Of a DNA stretch of 64,000 nucleotides, positions 37,272-46,400 are shown in pieces (position 1 is the first letter of the stretch; each line of letters opens with the position of its first letter). The notes beneath the pieces are model-generated. The model ran no database searches, had not been told where the DNA came from, and saw nothing but the letters and a program-made list of their open reading frames with translations. The stretch comes from an uncultured Acidobacteriota bacterium (GTDB lineage: Bacteria; Acidobacteriota; Thermoanaerobaculia; Multivoradales; DATKCC01), in the NCBI GenBank assembly GCA_963837945.1, contig CAWIQD010000009.1:201700-265699 (forward strand). Reading direction: 5' to 3'. Both the position numbers and the translations under genes were made by a program.

Positions 37272-37355
37272 CTCGGATGCCCCCCCGCATCCCCTCGATC
37301 CCCTTCCCGCCCCACCCACCCAAGCCGGCCGCCAGCGGATCTTGGACGCCGCGCC

Positions 37356-40300
37356 TCACCGCATCGCGGCGGGCTGGTGCTCGCGGGTGACCTCGTCCTC
37401 TTCCGCCTCGGGCTCGGGCTCCCCGGCCTCGCTCGGCGGCGGCGGGGCGCCGGGCGTCGCGAGCGCGGGCTCGGCCGGTTGGGGACCGGTCGGCTCGCCG
37501 CGCCCGAGCATGCCGTGCAGGTGCCGCTCGAGCCAGCCCTGGAGGTGCTCCATGTAGACGTAGAAGACCGGCGTGATGTAGAGGGTCAGGAGTTGCGAGA
37601 AGAGGAGCCCGCCCACCACCGCCAGGCCCAGGGGGCGGCGCGACTCCGCGCCCACGCCGGCTCCGAGCGCGATCGGCAGGGTGCCGACCAGCGCCGCCAT
37701 AGTGGTCATCATGATCGGCCGGAACCGGACCATCGAGGCCTCGTGGATCGCCTCGGCCGGCTCCGCGCCCTCCTTCCGGCGCTCGATCGCGAAGTCGACC
37801 ATCATGATGCCGTTCTTCTTCACCAGACCGACCAGCATGATGATGCCGACGAAAGCGTAGAGCGAGAGCTCCTGGTGGAAGACGAGGAGGGTCAGCAGCG
37901 CGCCGAAGCCGGCGAGCGGCAGCGCCGAGAGGATGGTCAGCGGGTGGATGAAGGATTCGTAGAGGATCCCGAGGACCATGTAGATCACCAGGATCGCCAG
38001 GAGCAGCAGCAGCCCCATGCCTCGGAGCGAGGACTGGAAGGCCTGGGCCGTCCCCTGGAAGCTGGTGGAGACGTCCGCGGGCAGGACCTCGCGCGCGATC
38101 CGGTCGACCGCCGCCACGCCCTCGCCGAGCGAGGTGCCCGGCGCGAGGTCGAAGGAGAGGGTGACCGAAGGCAGCTGGCCCGAGTGGGTCACCGACAACG
38201 GGCCCACCTCGTCGGCGATCCCCGCCACCGCCGCGAGCGGCACGAGCTTGCCCGAGGTCGAGCGGATGTAGAGCTTCTGGAGCGCGGCCGGGTCCTCCTG
38301 GAACCGGGGCTCGAGCTCCAGCAGGACGTCGTACTCGTTGTTCGGGGCGTAGATGGTCGAGACCCGGCGCGAGCCGTAGGCGCTGTAGAGGGCGTCTTCG
38401 ATCTGGCGGGCCGTCACGCCGTACGACGCCGCCTGGTCGCGGTCGATTCGCACCACCGCGTGGGGGTTCTTGAGCTGGAGGTCCGAGGTCACGTCGACGA
38501 AGCCCGGCGCCTGGCGCAGCTTCGCCAGCAACTCCTCGGAGTAGTGGTAGAGGCGGTCGGTGTCCGAGGCCTGGAGGGTGTACTGGTACTGGCTCTTCGA
38601 GAGCCGGCCGCCGATCCGGATCGGCGGCGGGTTCTGCATGAACGCCTGGATGCCGGGCACCCGGGCGAGCTTCGGCCGCAGCTCCTCGATCACCTGGTCG
38701 ACCGAGAGGTCCCTCTGGTCCCGCGGCTTCAGGCGGATGAAGAGGATGCCGGTGTTGCCCGAGGCGGCCTGGGAGCCGCGCGCGCCGACGAACGACATGA
38801 ACTGCTCGACGTTCGGGTCGGCCTGGACGATCTTCATGAGCTGGAGCTGGTGCGCCTTCATCGACTCGTAGGAGATGCCCTCGGCGCCCTCGGTGAAGGT
38901 GAAGATCGAGCCCGTGTCCTCGCTCGGCAGGAAGCCCTTCGGAACCAACCCGAAGAGCCAGACCGTCGCGCCCAGCACGAGCACCAGCACGCCCATGGCG
39001 GCGAGGCGGTGGCGCAGCACGCCGGTCAGCGTGCGGTCGTAGAAGCCGAGAGCGCCGTCGAAGACCCGCTCGGAGGCGCGGAACAGCCGGCCGTGGCGGA
39101 TCTTGCCGGGCGGCCGGAGGAAGCGGCTGCAGAGCATCGGGGTCAGCGACAGCGAGACGAACCCGGAGATCAGCACCGCCGTGCCGATGGTCACCGCGAA
39201 CTCGTGGAACAGGCGCCCGAGGATTCCGCCCATGAACAGGATCGGGATGAACACCGCCGCCAGCGACAGGGTCATCGACACGATGGTGAAGCCGATCTGG
39301 CGGGCGCCCCGCAGCGCCGCGGTGAACGGCGGCTCGCCCATCTCCATGTGGCGCACGATGTTCTCGAGCATGACGATCGCGTCGTCGACCACGAAGCCGA
39401 CCGACAGGGTGAGCGCCATCAGCGACAGGTTGTCCAGGCTGTAGCCCGCGAGGTACATCACCGCGAAGGTGCCGACCACCGACATCGGCAGGGCCAGGGC
39501 CGGGATCACCGTCGCCGAGAGGTTGCGGAGGAACAGGAAGATGACCAGGATGACCAGGCAGAGCGCCAGGAAGAGCGTGAACTTGACGTCCGAGACCGAG
39601 GCCTGGATCGACTCCGAGCGGTCGTAGAGGACGTTGAGCCCGACCGACGCCGGGAGCTGGGAGCGGAAGGTCGGCAGCAGCCGGCGCACCTGGCTCGCCA
39701 CCGCCACGGTGTTGGTGCCCGGCTGGCGCTGGACGGCGAGCACCACCGAGCGCTGGTCGACGTACCAGGCGCCGGTCTTGTCGTTCTGCGACGCTGTCGA
39801 TCACCCGGCCGATCTGGTCCAGGCGCACCGGCGCGCCGTCGCGGTAGGCGACGATCACCGGCCGGTAGGCGGCGGCGTCCTCGAGCTGACCGTTGGCCTC
39901 CACCGTGAAGGCCTTGGTCGGTCCGTAGAGGGTGCCGCTCGGCAGGTTGACGTTGGCGTTCTGGACCGCCTGAGTGACCTCGTCGATCCCCAGGCCGCGG
40001 GCGGCGAGGGCGTCCGGGTCGAGCTGGATCCGGACGGCGTACTTCTGGGCGCCGTAGACCAGCACCTGGGCGACGCCGGAGACGGTGGAGATGCGCTGCG
40101 CCATCATCGTCTCGCCGTACTCGTCGAGCTGCGACAGCGGCAGGCTCGGCGAGGTGAGCGCGAGATAGAGGATCGGCGAGTCGGCCGGGTTGACCTTCTG
40201 GTAGGTCGGCGGCGACGGCATGTCGGGCGGGAGCTGGCGCTGCGCCGCCGCGATCGCCGCCTGCACGTCCTGGGCGGCGGCGTCGAGGTTCCGCGACAGG

Positions 40301-40587
40301 TTGAACTGGAGGGTGATCTGGCTCGAGCCGACGCCCGAGGTGGAGTTCATCGAGTCGAGGCCGGCGATGGTCGAGAACTGCCGCTCGAGCGGCGTGGCGA
40401 CCGAGGAGGCCATGGTCTCGGGGCTCGCGCCCGGCAGGGAGGCGGAGACCTGGAGGGTCGGAAAGTCGACGTTCGGAAGGTCGGAGACCGGCAGCAGCCG
40501 GTAGCCCATGATCCCGAACAGGACGAGCGCGATCATCACCAGCGTGGTCATGATCGGCCGGCGGATGAAGACCTCGGAGACGCTCAT
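37356..40587 (-). CDS. RND efflux permease (MdtB/MdtC-like), split by a +1 frameshift at ~39789
   Basis: FIRRP..LPNVDFPT, GFVVDDAIVMLENI, KKNGIMMVDF, RFRPIMMTT; deleting one base restores ...SVENDKTGAWY... Confidence 0.92.
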
Positions 40588-41870
40588 GGCCTGACCTCCC
40601 GGCCCCCCGCGGCCGACGCCTCGTCACCGTTCGAGGCGGTCTCTCCGGAGCTACCGTCCGGGCCCTCGGGCAGCACCTCGACCGCCGCCCCCGGGACCAG
40701 CCGGAGCTGGCCGTCGGTGACCACCGTCTCGCCCCCGGAGAGGCCCTTGGCGATCACCGCGCGCTGGCCGACCGTCCGGCTCACCTCGACCTCGCGCGAC
40801 TCGACCGTGCCGTCGTCCTTGACCACGAAGACGTAGTCGCCCTCCTGGCCGCTCTGGACCGCCGGCGACGGGGCCACCACGGCATTCTCCTCCACCGTCA
40901 GGTCGAGGGTGACGTTGACGAACTGGCCCGGCCACAGTGCCTGGTCGCGGTTCGGGAAGGTGGCCTTGAGCTCGATCGTGCCGGTCGTCGGATCGACCGC
41001 GTTGTCGATGAAGGTGAGCGAGCCCTGGTGCTCGTGGCCGCCGGGCGGGGCGGCGGTGGCGGCGAGGTCGCCCGCCGCCTGGCGAGCGCGGATCTCGTCG
41101 AGGTGGCTCTGGGCGACCGAAAACGAGACGTCGACCGGCTCGAGCTGCTGGATGACGACGAGCGGCAGGTCGTTGGCCTTGACCACGTTGCCGGCGTGGA
41201 TCAGGACCTTGCCCGTGCGCCCGGAGACCGGCGAGGAGATGGTCGTCCAGCCGAGGTCGAGCCGGGCCTGCTCGAGGGCCGCCTGGTCCGCCTTGACCGT
41301 CGCCTTCTGCGACTCGGCGTTCGCCTGGATCTGGTCGTACTGCTCGCGGGTCACGTAGTCCTTCTTCACCAGGTCGGCGTAGCGCGCGACGTCGGCCGCG
41401 GCGTTCGCCGCCAGGGCCCGGTCCCGCGCCAGCCGCCCCTCGGCCTCGTCGACCGCGGCGCGGTACGGGCGCGGATCGATGGTGAAGAGAGGCTGCCCCT
41501 TCTTGACGTCCTGGCCCTCCCGGAAGTGGACGGCGGTGACCTCGCCGGCCACCTGGGCCTTGACCTCGACGGTCGAGCGGGGCGAGACGCTGCCGATGGC
41601 GTGAACCTCGACCGGCATCGCCTCGCGGACCACCCGGCCGACGTGGACGGGGACCTTGGCGGACGCCTCGGCCGGCGCGCCGCCGTCCGCCTTGGGAGCC
41701 TTGTCCCCCCCGCCCGAGCAGCCGGCGGCGAGAGACATGGCAACGGAGACCGCGAGAAGCACGGCCGCCCCACGAATCCGCCGAGAAACGGGTGGGGCCG
41801 TCCCCTTCCCCCCCTCGGGGTGGGAAGGGGATCGAGGGGTTGCGGGGGGGATCCGGTCAGTGGCTTTCAT
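40584..41870 (-). CDS. RND periplasmic adaptor (MdtA-like)
   Basis: VKAQVAG...FTIDPRPY, ISSPVSGRTG, DNAVDPTTGT, LWPGQFV; repeat-derived N-terminal peptide. Confidence 0.93.
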   Translation of the reverse strand: MKATDRIPPATPRSPSHPEGGKGTAPPVSRRIRGAAVLLAVSVAMSLAAGCSGGGDKAPKADGGAPAEASAKVPVHVGRVVREAMPVEVHAIGSVSPRSTVEVKAQVAGEVTAVHFREGQDVKKGQPLFTIDPRPYRAAVDEAEGRLARDRALAANAAADVARYADLVKKDYVTREQYDQIQANAESQKATVKADQAALEQARLDLGWTTISSPVSGRTGKVLIHAGNVVKANDLPLVVIQQLEPVDVSFSVAQSHLDEIRARQAAGDLAATAAPPGGHEHQGSLTFIDNAVDPTTGTIELKATFPNRDQALWPGQFVNVTLDLTVEENAVVAPSPAVQSGQEGDYVFVVKDDGTVESREVEVSRTVGQRAVIAKGLSGGETVVTDGQLRLVPGAAVEVLPEGPDGSSGETASNGDEASAAGGREVRP

Positions 41871-43345
41871 GGTTCGACGGCGTCTCCATGCGAGATCGTT
41901 TCGGCGAGGCCGCGGGGCCCCAGGTTCGCGAGCACCCCGGTGTCCCGGGCGAGCCGCGTCAAGGCCAGGAACCAGGCGGCGCGGGCCTGGACCTCCTGGG
42001 CCCGCGCGGAGGCGAGGGCGCCCTGGGCGGAGAGCAGGTCGAGGACGCTCCCGACGCCCGCCTTGTAGCGGCCGCCGGCCACCTCCGCCGACTGGCTGGC
42101 GCTGTCCAGGAAGTCGCGGCTGGTCGCCACCTGCTGGGCTGCGGTGTCGAGGGCGTAGTAGCTGGTCCAGACCTGGAGCATCACCTGCTGCGCGAGGTCG
42201 TCGACCCGCGCCCGGGCGACCTCCGCGTCCGCCTTCGCCTGCTCGAGGTCGTGGAGGTTCCGGAAACCGGTGAAGAGCGGGTAGCTCACCAGCAGGCGCC
42301 CGGAGTAGTTGTTCGACGGCTCGGAGCCCGGGATGTCGTAATAGATCCGGCTGGCGTTGCCCTGGAGCGAGATCGTCGGCAGCGCGTCCGCCCGGACCCT
42401 GGCGACCTTCGCCTCGGCCGCGCGGGCGTCGGCTCGGGCGGCCTCGAGGTCCGGCCGCGACGAGAGGGCGCGCCCGAGAAGGTCCTCGATCGAGGTCGAG
42501 AGCGCGTCGATCGGCACGTCCTCCGGCAGCTCGCCGGCGTCGACCGGGACGTCGGGCGAGACCCCGATGGCGGTCGCGAGCGACCCGCGCGTCGCCGCCA
42601 GGTCGCCCTGTACCTGCTGCACGACGAGCTGGGCCTGGGAGCGCGCGGTCTTCGCCTGGAGGACGTCGGCGATCGTGGCGACCCCGGCCAGGTGCCGGTC
42701 CTGGGCCGCCTGGAGGTCGGTCTCGGCGCTTTCGAGGTCGGTCCGGGCGGCCGCGAGGAGCGCCTTCTCCCCCTGGTAGGCGTAGTAGGCCTGGGTGACC
42801 TCGAGCACCACCTGCTGGACCTGGGCGTTGTGCTGCCAGTCGGCGGCGATCAGCTGCTGGCGCGCCTGCTCCACGTCCGCCTTCCGGCCACCGAAGGAGA
42901 AGAGCAGGTAGGAGAGGTCGAGCGACGGCCCGTAGTCGGTGAGCTGGAAGGTGAACTGGTTGCCCACCGCCGACTGCTTGGTGCGCTCGAGCTTCGCGCT
43001 CGCGTCGAGCTGCGGATAGTAGGCGGCGCGCCGCGAGCCCACCTCCTCGGCCGCCGAGCGCGCGGCGGCCCAGGTCTCCCGGGTCTGCGGGCTGTTCTGG
43101 AGCGCCAGGTCGATCACCGTCGGCAGGTCGACCGTGGTGCCCGGCACGAGGAGCTGCGCCGGGATGTCGGTGCGCCGCGGGATCGGCTGCGGCCGGGGCG
43201 CGAGCGCGGGCGGCGGCTCCCAGGCGGCCGTGGCCGACTCGGGCAGGGGGGTGGGCGGACCGGCGCCGGCGCAGCCGGCCGCCGCCGCGGCGGCGACGAG
43301 CAGCGCCAGCGCTCGAAGCTGGGTCATGGCTGTCGAAGGATTCAT
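41867..43345 (-). CDS. TolC family outer-membrane efflux lipoprotein
   Basis: AAGC lipobox, ALQNSP, ALSSRPDL, RYKAGVGSVLDLL; ATGA coupling on both sides. Confidence 0.92.
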   Translation of the reverse strand: MNPSTAMTQLRALALLVAAAAAAGCAGAGPPTPLPESATAAWEPPPALAPRPQPIPRRTDIPAQLLVPGTTVDLPTVIDLALQNSPQTRETWAAARSAAEEVGSRRAAYYPQLDASAKLERTKQSAVGNQFTFQLTDYGPSLDLSYLLFSFGGRKADVEQARQQLIAADWQHNAQVQQVVLEVTQAYYAYQGEKALLAAARTDLESAETDLQAAQDRHLAGVATIADVLQAKTARSQAQLVVQQVQGDLAATRGSLATAIGVSPDVPVDAGELPEDVPIDALSTSIEDLLGRALSSRPDLEAARADARAAEAKVARVRADALPTISLQGNASRIYYDIPGSEPSNNYSGRLLVSYPLFTGFRNLHDLEQAKADAEVARARVDDLAQQVMLQVWTSYYALDTAAQQVATSRDFLDSASQSAEVAGGRYKAGVGSVLDLLSAQGALASARAQEVQARAAWFLALTRLARDTGVLANLGPRGLAETISHGDAVEP

Positions 43346-44034
43346 CCTCGTCCCTGGTTCGATTCGGCCGGAGCGGCGAGCGCCCGGATGCCGGCGGCCG
43401 AGAAGCGGACCGTGTGGGCCACGAGCTCGGGAAGGTCGAAGCGGAAGGGCCTCCGGGCGCTCTCCTCCCGCGCGAAGTAGTTTGTCAGGTGGACGACGTG
43501 GCTGAGCTGCCCGATCAGCGAATGGATCACCAGCTCGGCGTCCTTCCGGGCCAGGCCGGGGCAGACCTGGCGCAGACCCTCGACCAGGGCGTCGCGCACC
43601 GGGTCGACGATCTCCTCGCGGAACATCTCCGGCGGCAGGTGGGGATCGAGCAGCTCGCGACTCATCAGCTCCATCCACATCCGGCCGGTGCTCTCCACCA
43701 CCAGCGGCTCGAGGAACCCGACGGTGAAGGTGCGCAGGAGGAGCTCGAGGGTCGCCTCCTCCCCGGCCTCGTCGAGGCTCCGGCGGACGCTCGCGATGCG
43801 CCGTTCGCGCAGGGCGGCGAGGCGGCGGCGGAAGACCTGCCGGTAGAGCCCCTCCTTGCCCCCGAAATAGTAGTTCACCCCGGCGACGTTGCAGCCCGCC
43901 TCGAGGGTGATCTCGCGCACGCCGACCTGGAAGCCCTTGGCGGCGAACAACCGTTCGGCCGCGTCGAGCAGGCGCTCGCGCGCCGACCCGGGCTGGAGCC
44001 CGTCGACGGGGCGCTGGAGGCTTCGGGAAGACAT
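43342..44034 (-). CDS. TetR family regulator (CecR/DUF1956-like)
   Basis: RERLLDAAERLFAAKGF..VREI...NVAGVNYYFGGKEGLY HTH. Confidence 0.93.
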   Translation of the reverse strand: MSSRSLQRPVDGLQPGSARERLLDAAERLFAAKGFQVGVREITLEAGCNVAGVNYYFGGKEGLYRQVFRRRLAALRERRIASVRRSLDEAGEEATLELLLRTFTVGFLEPLVVESTGRMWMELMSRELLDPHLPPEMFREEIVDPVRDALVEGLRQVCPGLARKDAELVIHSLIGQLSHVVHLTNYFAREESARRPFRFDLPELVAHTVRFSAAGIRALAAPAESNQGRG

Positions 44035-44064
44035 GGCGAGACGAGGCTTCAGGCCCGAAACGAC

Positions 44065-44093
44065 AGTATCAAACATTCGTTTCAAGCCGTCAA
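44065..44093 (-). promoter_or_regulatory. sigma70 promoter with overlapping palindromic operator for the TetR-efflux operon
   Basis: minus strand TTGACG-17bp-GATACT; imperfect palindrome TGAAACGAATGTTTGA between the boxes. Confidence 0.7.
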
Positions 44094-44141
44094 GCCCCGC
44101 CCTTCCGTGCCGGCGGCCGGCCGCCGGCACGCGCGACCCGC

Positions 44142-45551
44142 TCAGCGCGGGCGCTTGCCCTGCTCGAAGTCCTCGAGGACCGTCTCGAGCTCGTCGAGCG
44201 CCTTGGGGTGGGCGCCGACGAGATTCTTCGTCTCGTGGGGATCGCTCTCGAGGTCGTAGAGCTCCCGGCTGCCGTCCGAGCCCGAGATCAGCTTGTAGCG
44301 CGACCCGCGCACCGCGGTCAGCGCCCGGGCGAAGCGGCTCGCGTTCCAGCCGGAGATCTTCTCGTGGATGACGTCGAGGAAGATCTGCGGGTAGGCATAC
44401 TCGCAGAAGGTGTAGCCAGAGCGGGGCTCGGCGGCGGGCAGCTTCGGGGCGTCGCCCCGGCCGACCCCCGCCAGGTCGAGGATGGTGCCGAAGAGACCCA
44501 GGCTCTGGACCTGTCCGGCGATCCGCCGGCCGGCCGGGATGCGGCCCGGTCCCCACAGCACGAGCGGCACGTGGAGCAGCGGCTCGTAGACCGAGAGCTT
44601 GTGCCCGAGCATGTGGTTCTCGCCCAGGTGCTCGCCGTGGTCGGAGGTGATCACCAGCACCGTGTCGTCGGCCAGGCCGCGTTCGCGCAGGCCGTCGACC
44701 AGCTCGCCGATCTTCGAGTCCACGTAGGCGATCTCGCCGTCGTAGAGCCCGCGCAGCACCTCGAGCTCGCCCGCCCTCACCTTCATCCAGGGCACGTCGA
44801 GGATGTAACCGTACTCGCGTGGCGAGTAGAACGAGCGCATCCGCTGGACGAGCGCCGCCGGCGTGCCTGGCGGCAGAAAGTCGTCGTCGAAGGGCCTGGT
44901 GGGGCGGTACGGGAGATGTGGCTCGAAGAAGTTGATGAAGACGAAGAACGGCTCGTCGCCTTTCAGGCCGTCGATCCAGGAGAGCACGTCGTGGTCGGTC
45001 TTCGCCGCCCCCATGTCGCTCGCCGGGTCGTCCCCGGAGATCCCTTCGGTGCGCGACTTCTGGAGGCGCCAGAGCTCCTCGAACGTCTGGAAGCCTTGCT
45101 CGAGCCCGGAGTCCGGATTGGTCCAGACGTTGTTCGAGAAACCCCCGGTGTGGTAGCCGGCCCGCGCCAGGCGCTCCGCCAGGGTGTCGAAGCCCGGGTC
45201 GAGGGTGAGGTGTGCCGAGCTCGTGTGGTGATCGCGGACGTAGAGGCCGGTAAAGAGCGAGGCGTGCGACGGCAGGGTCCAGGGGGCCGCCGAGATCGCC
45301 TGCTCGTAGAGCGTGCCCTGGGCGGCCAGCTCGTCGATGTGGGGCGACGTCTTCTTGTCGTAGCCGTAGGCCGAGAGGTGGTCGGCCCGCAGGGTGTCGA
45401 TGACGATCAGGAAGACGTTCGGCCGGTGACGGGCGGACGTGGCCGGGCGCGCGGATGGCTTCGGCGCCGCGGCGGCGGTCGCCGCCGTCGCGACGGCCGG
45501 AGCGATCAAGGCGAGGCAGAGGGCGGCGAGACGAGCGCGGCGAAACGGCAT
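44142..45551 (-). CDS. sulfatase-like hydrolase/transferase
   Basis: DTLRADH, WTLPSHASLFTG, EPHLPY, SDHGE, ELYDLESDP. Confidence 0.92.
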   Translation of the reverse strand: MPFRRARLAALCLALIAPAVATAATAAAAPKPSARPATSARHRPNVFLIVIDTLRADHLSAYGYDKKTSPHIDELAAQGTLYEQAISAAPWTLPSHASLFTGLYVRDHHTSSAHLTLDPGFDTLAERLARAGYHTGGFSNNVWTNPDSGLEQGFQTFEELWRLQKSRTEGISGDDPASDMGAAKTDHDVLSWIDGLKGDEPFFVFINFFEPHLPYRPTRPFDDDFLPPGTPAALVQRMRSFYSPREYGYILDVPWMKVRAGELEVLRGLYDGEIAYVDSKIGELVDGLRERGLADDTVLVITSDHGEHLGENHMLGHKLSVYEPLLHVPLVLWGPGRIPAGRRIAGQVQSLGLFGTILDLAGVGRGDAPKLPAAEPRSGYTFCEYAYPQIFLDVIHEKISGWNASRFARALTAVRGSRYKLISGSDGSRELYDLESDPHETKNLVGAHPKALDELETVLEDFEQGKRPR

Positions 45552-45768
45552 GACCGGAAGAGTCGGGGTGAGCCTACCCGGGCGGTGCGAGGCGTTCCGA
45601 CGCTCCGAGGCTACCATCGTCCCGTGGTCACCGGGACCGGGGTCAGGGTGGCGACGACGAGTGGAGGACTTCGAAGACCTCGAGCCTCCGGGCGGTCACC
45701 GAAGCGCCGAGGGCGAGAGAGAGACGGAGGGTGACGCGCTCCTCGCCAGTGTGGCAAGGTAGGGCACC

Positions 45769-46333
45769 ATGACCTGGATCCGCACCGTCGATCCGTCCCG
45801 GGCGACCGGCCTGCTGCGGGAGCTCTACGACCGTGCGCTCGAGCGCGCCGGGCAGAGTGTTCGGCATCCTGCGCTGCCAGAGCGTGCGGCCGGACGTGCT
45901 CGCGGCCTCGACCGCGCTCTACCTCGAGGTCATGGTCTCCGATCGGAGCCCGCTCTCCCGGGCGCAGCGCGAGATGATCGCCACCGCCGTCTCCCGCGCC
46001 AACCGCTGCTTCTACTGAACCGAGGCGCACGCGGACGACCTCCGGGCCGAGGTCGCGGATCGAGAGGATGGCGAGGCGCTGGTCGAGGCGGTCAAGACCG
46101 ACTACCGCGAGGCGGAGCTGTCGCCGGCCGACCGGGCGATGCTCGACTACGCCGTGAAGCTCACCCGCGAGCCCTACGGCATGGGCGAGGCGGACGTCGA
46201 GGCGCTCCGCGCCCACGGCTTCGACGACGTGGCGATCCACGACATCGCCCAGGTGGCCGCGCTCTTCAACTACTACACCCGCCTGGCCGACGGCCTGGGC
46301 GTCGACCCCGAAGAGGAGTGGACAGGGCGTTGA
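45769..46333 (+). CDS. AhpD/carboxymuconolactone-decarboxylase-family peroxidase-related protein, candidate selenoprotein (CxxU); +1 frameshift at ~45852
   Basis: MTWIRTV...LSRAQREMIATAVSRANRCFY-TGA(46016-46018)-TEAHADDLR...MLDYAVKLTREP...FNYYTRLADGLG is one continuous family sequence. Confidence 0.8.
46036..46055 (+). promoter_or_regulatory. candidate bacterial SECIS hairpin
   Basis: CGACCTC-CGGGCC-GAGGTCG 7-bp stem; loop begins ~25 nt after the TGA and has G at position 2. Confidence 0.55.
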
Positions 46334-46400
46334 ACCGGCCGGGCGCGCACCTGGGCCGTCCGCTCCTCCGGCCGACCGTCCTCCGCGTCGAGGAGAACCG

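Noticed and set aside
32805-37319. 1504-aa minus-strand ORF and similar long shadow ORFs (2727-5114, 5060-8536, 54747-57560, 59480-61840)
   Set aside because: Antisense or off-frame to well-supported genes; expected in very GC-rich DNA; no domain motifs
37356-40587. two separate RND genes or programmed frameshift
   Set aside because: A single-base removal restores one continuous RND permease; no slippery sequence
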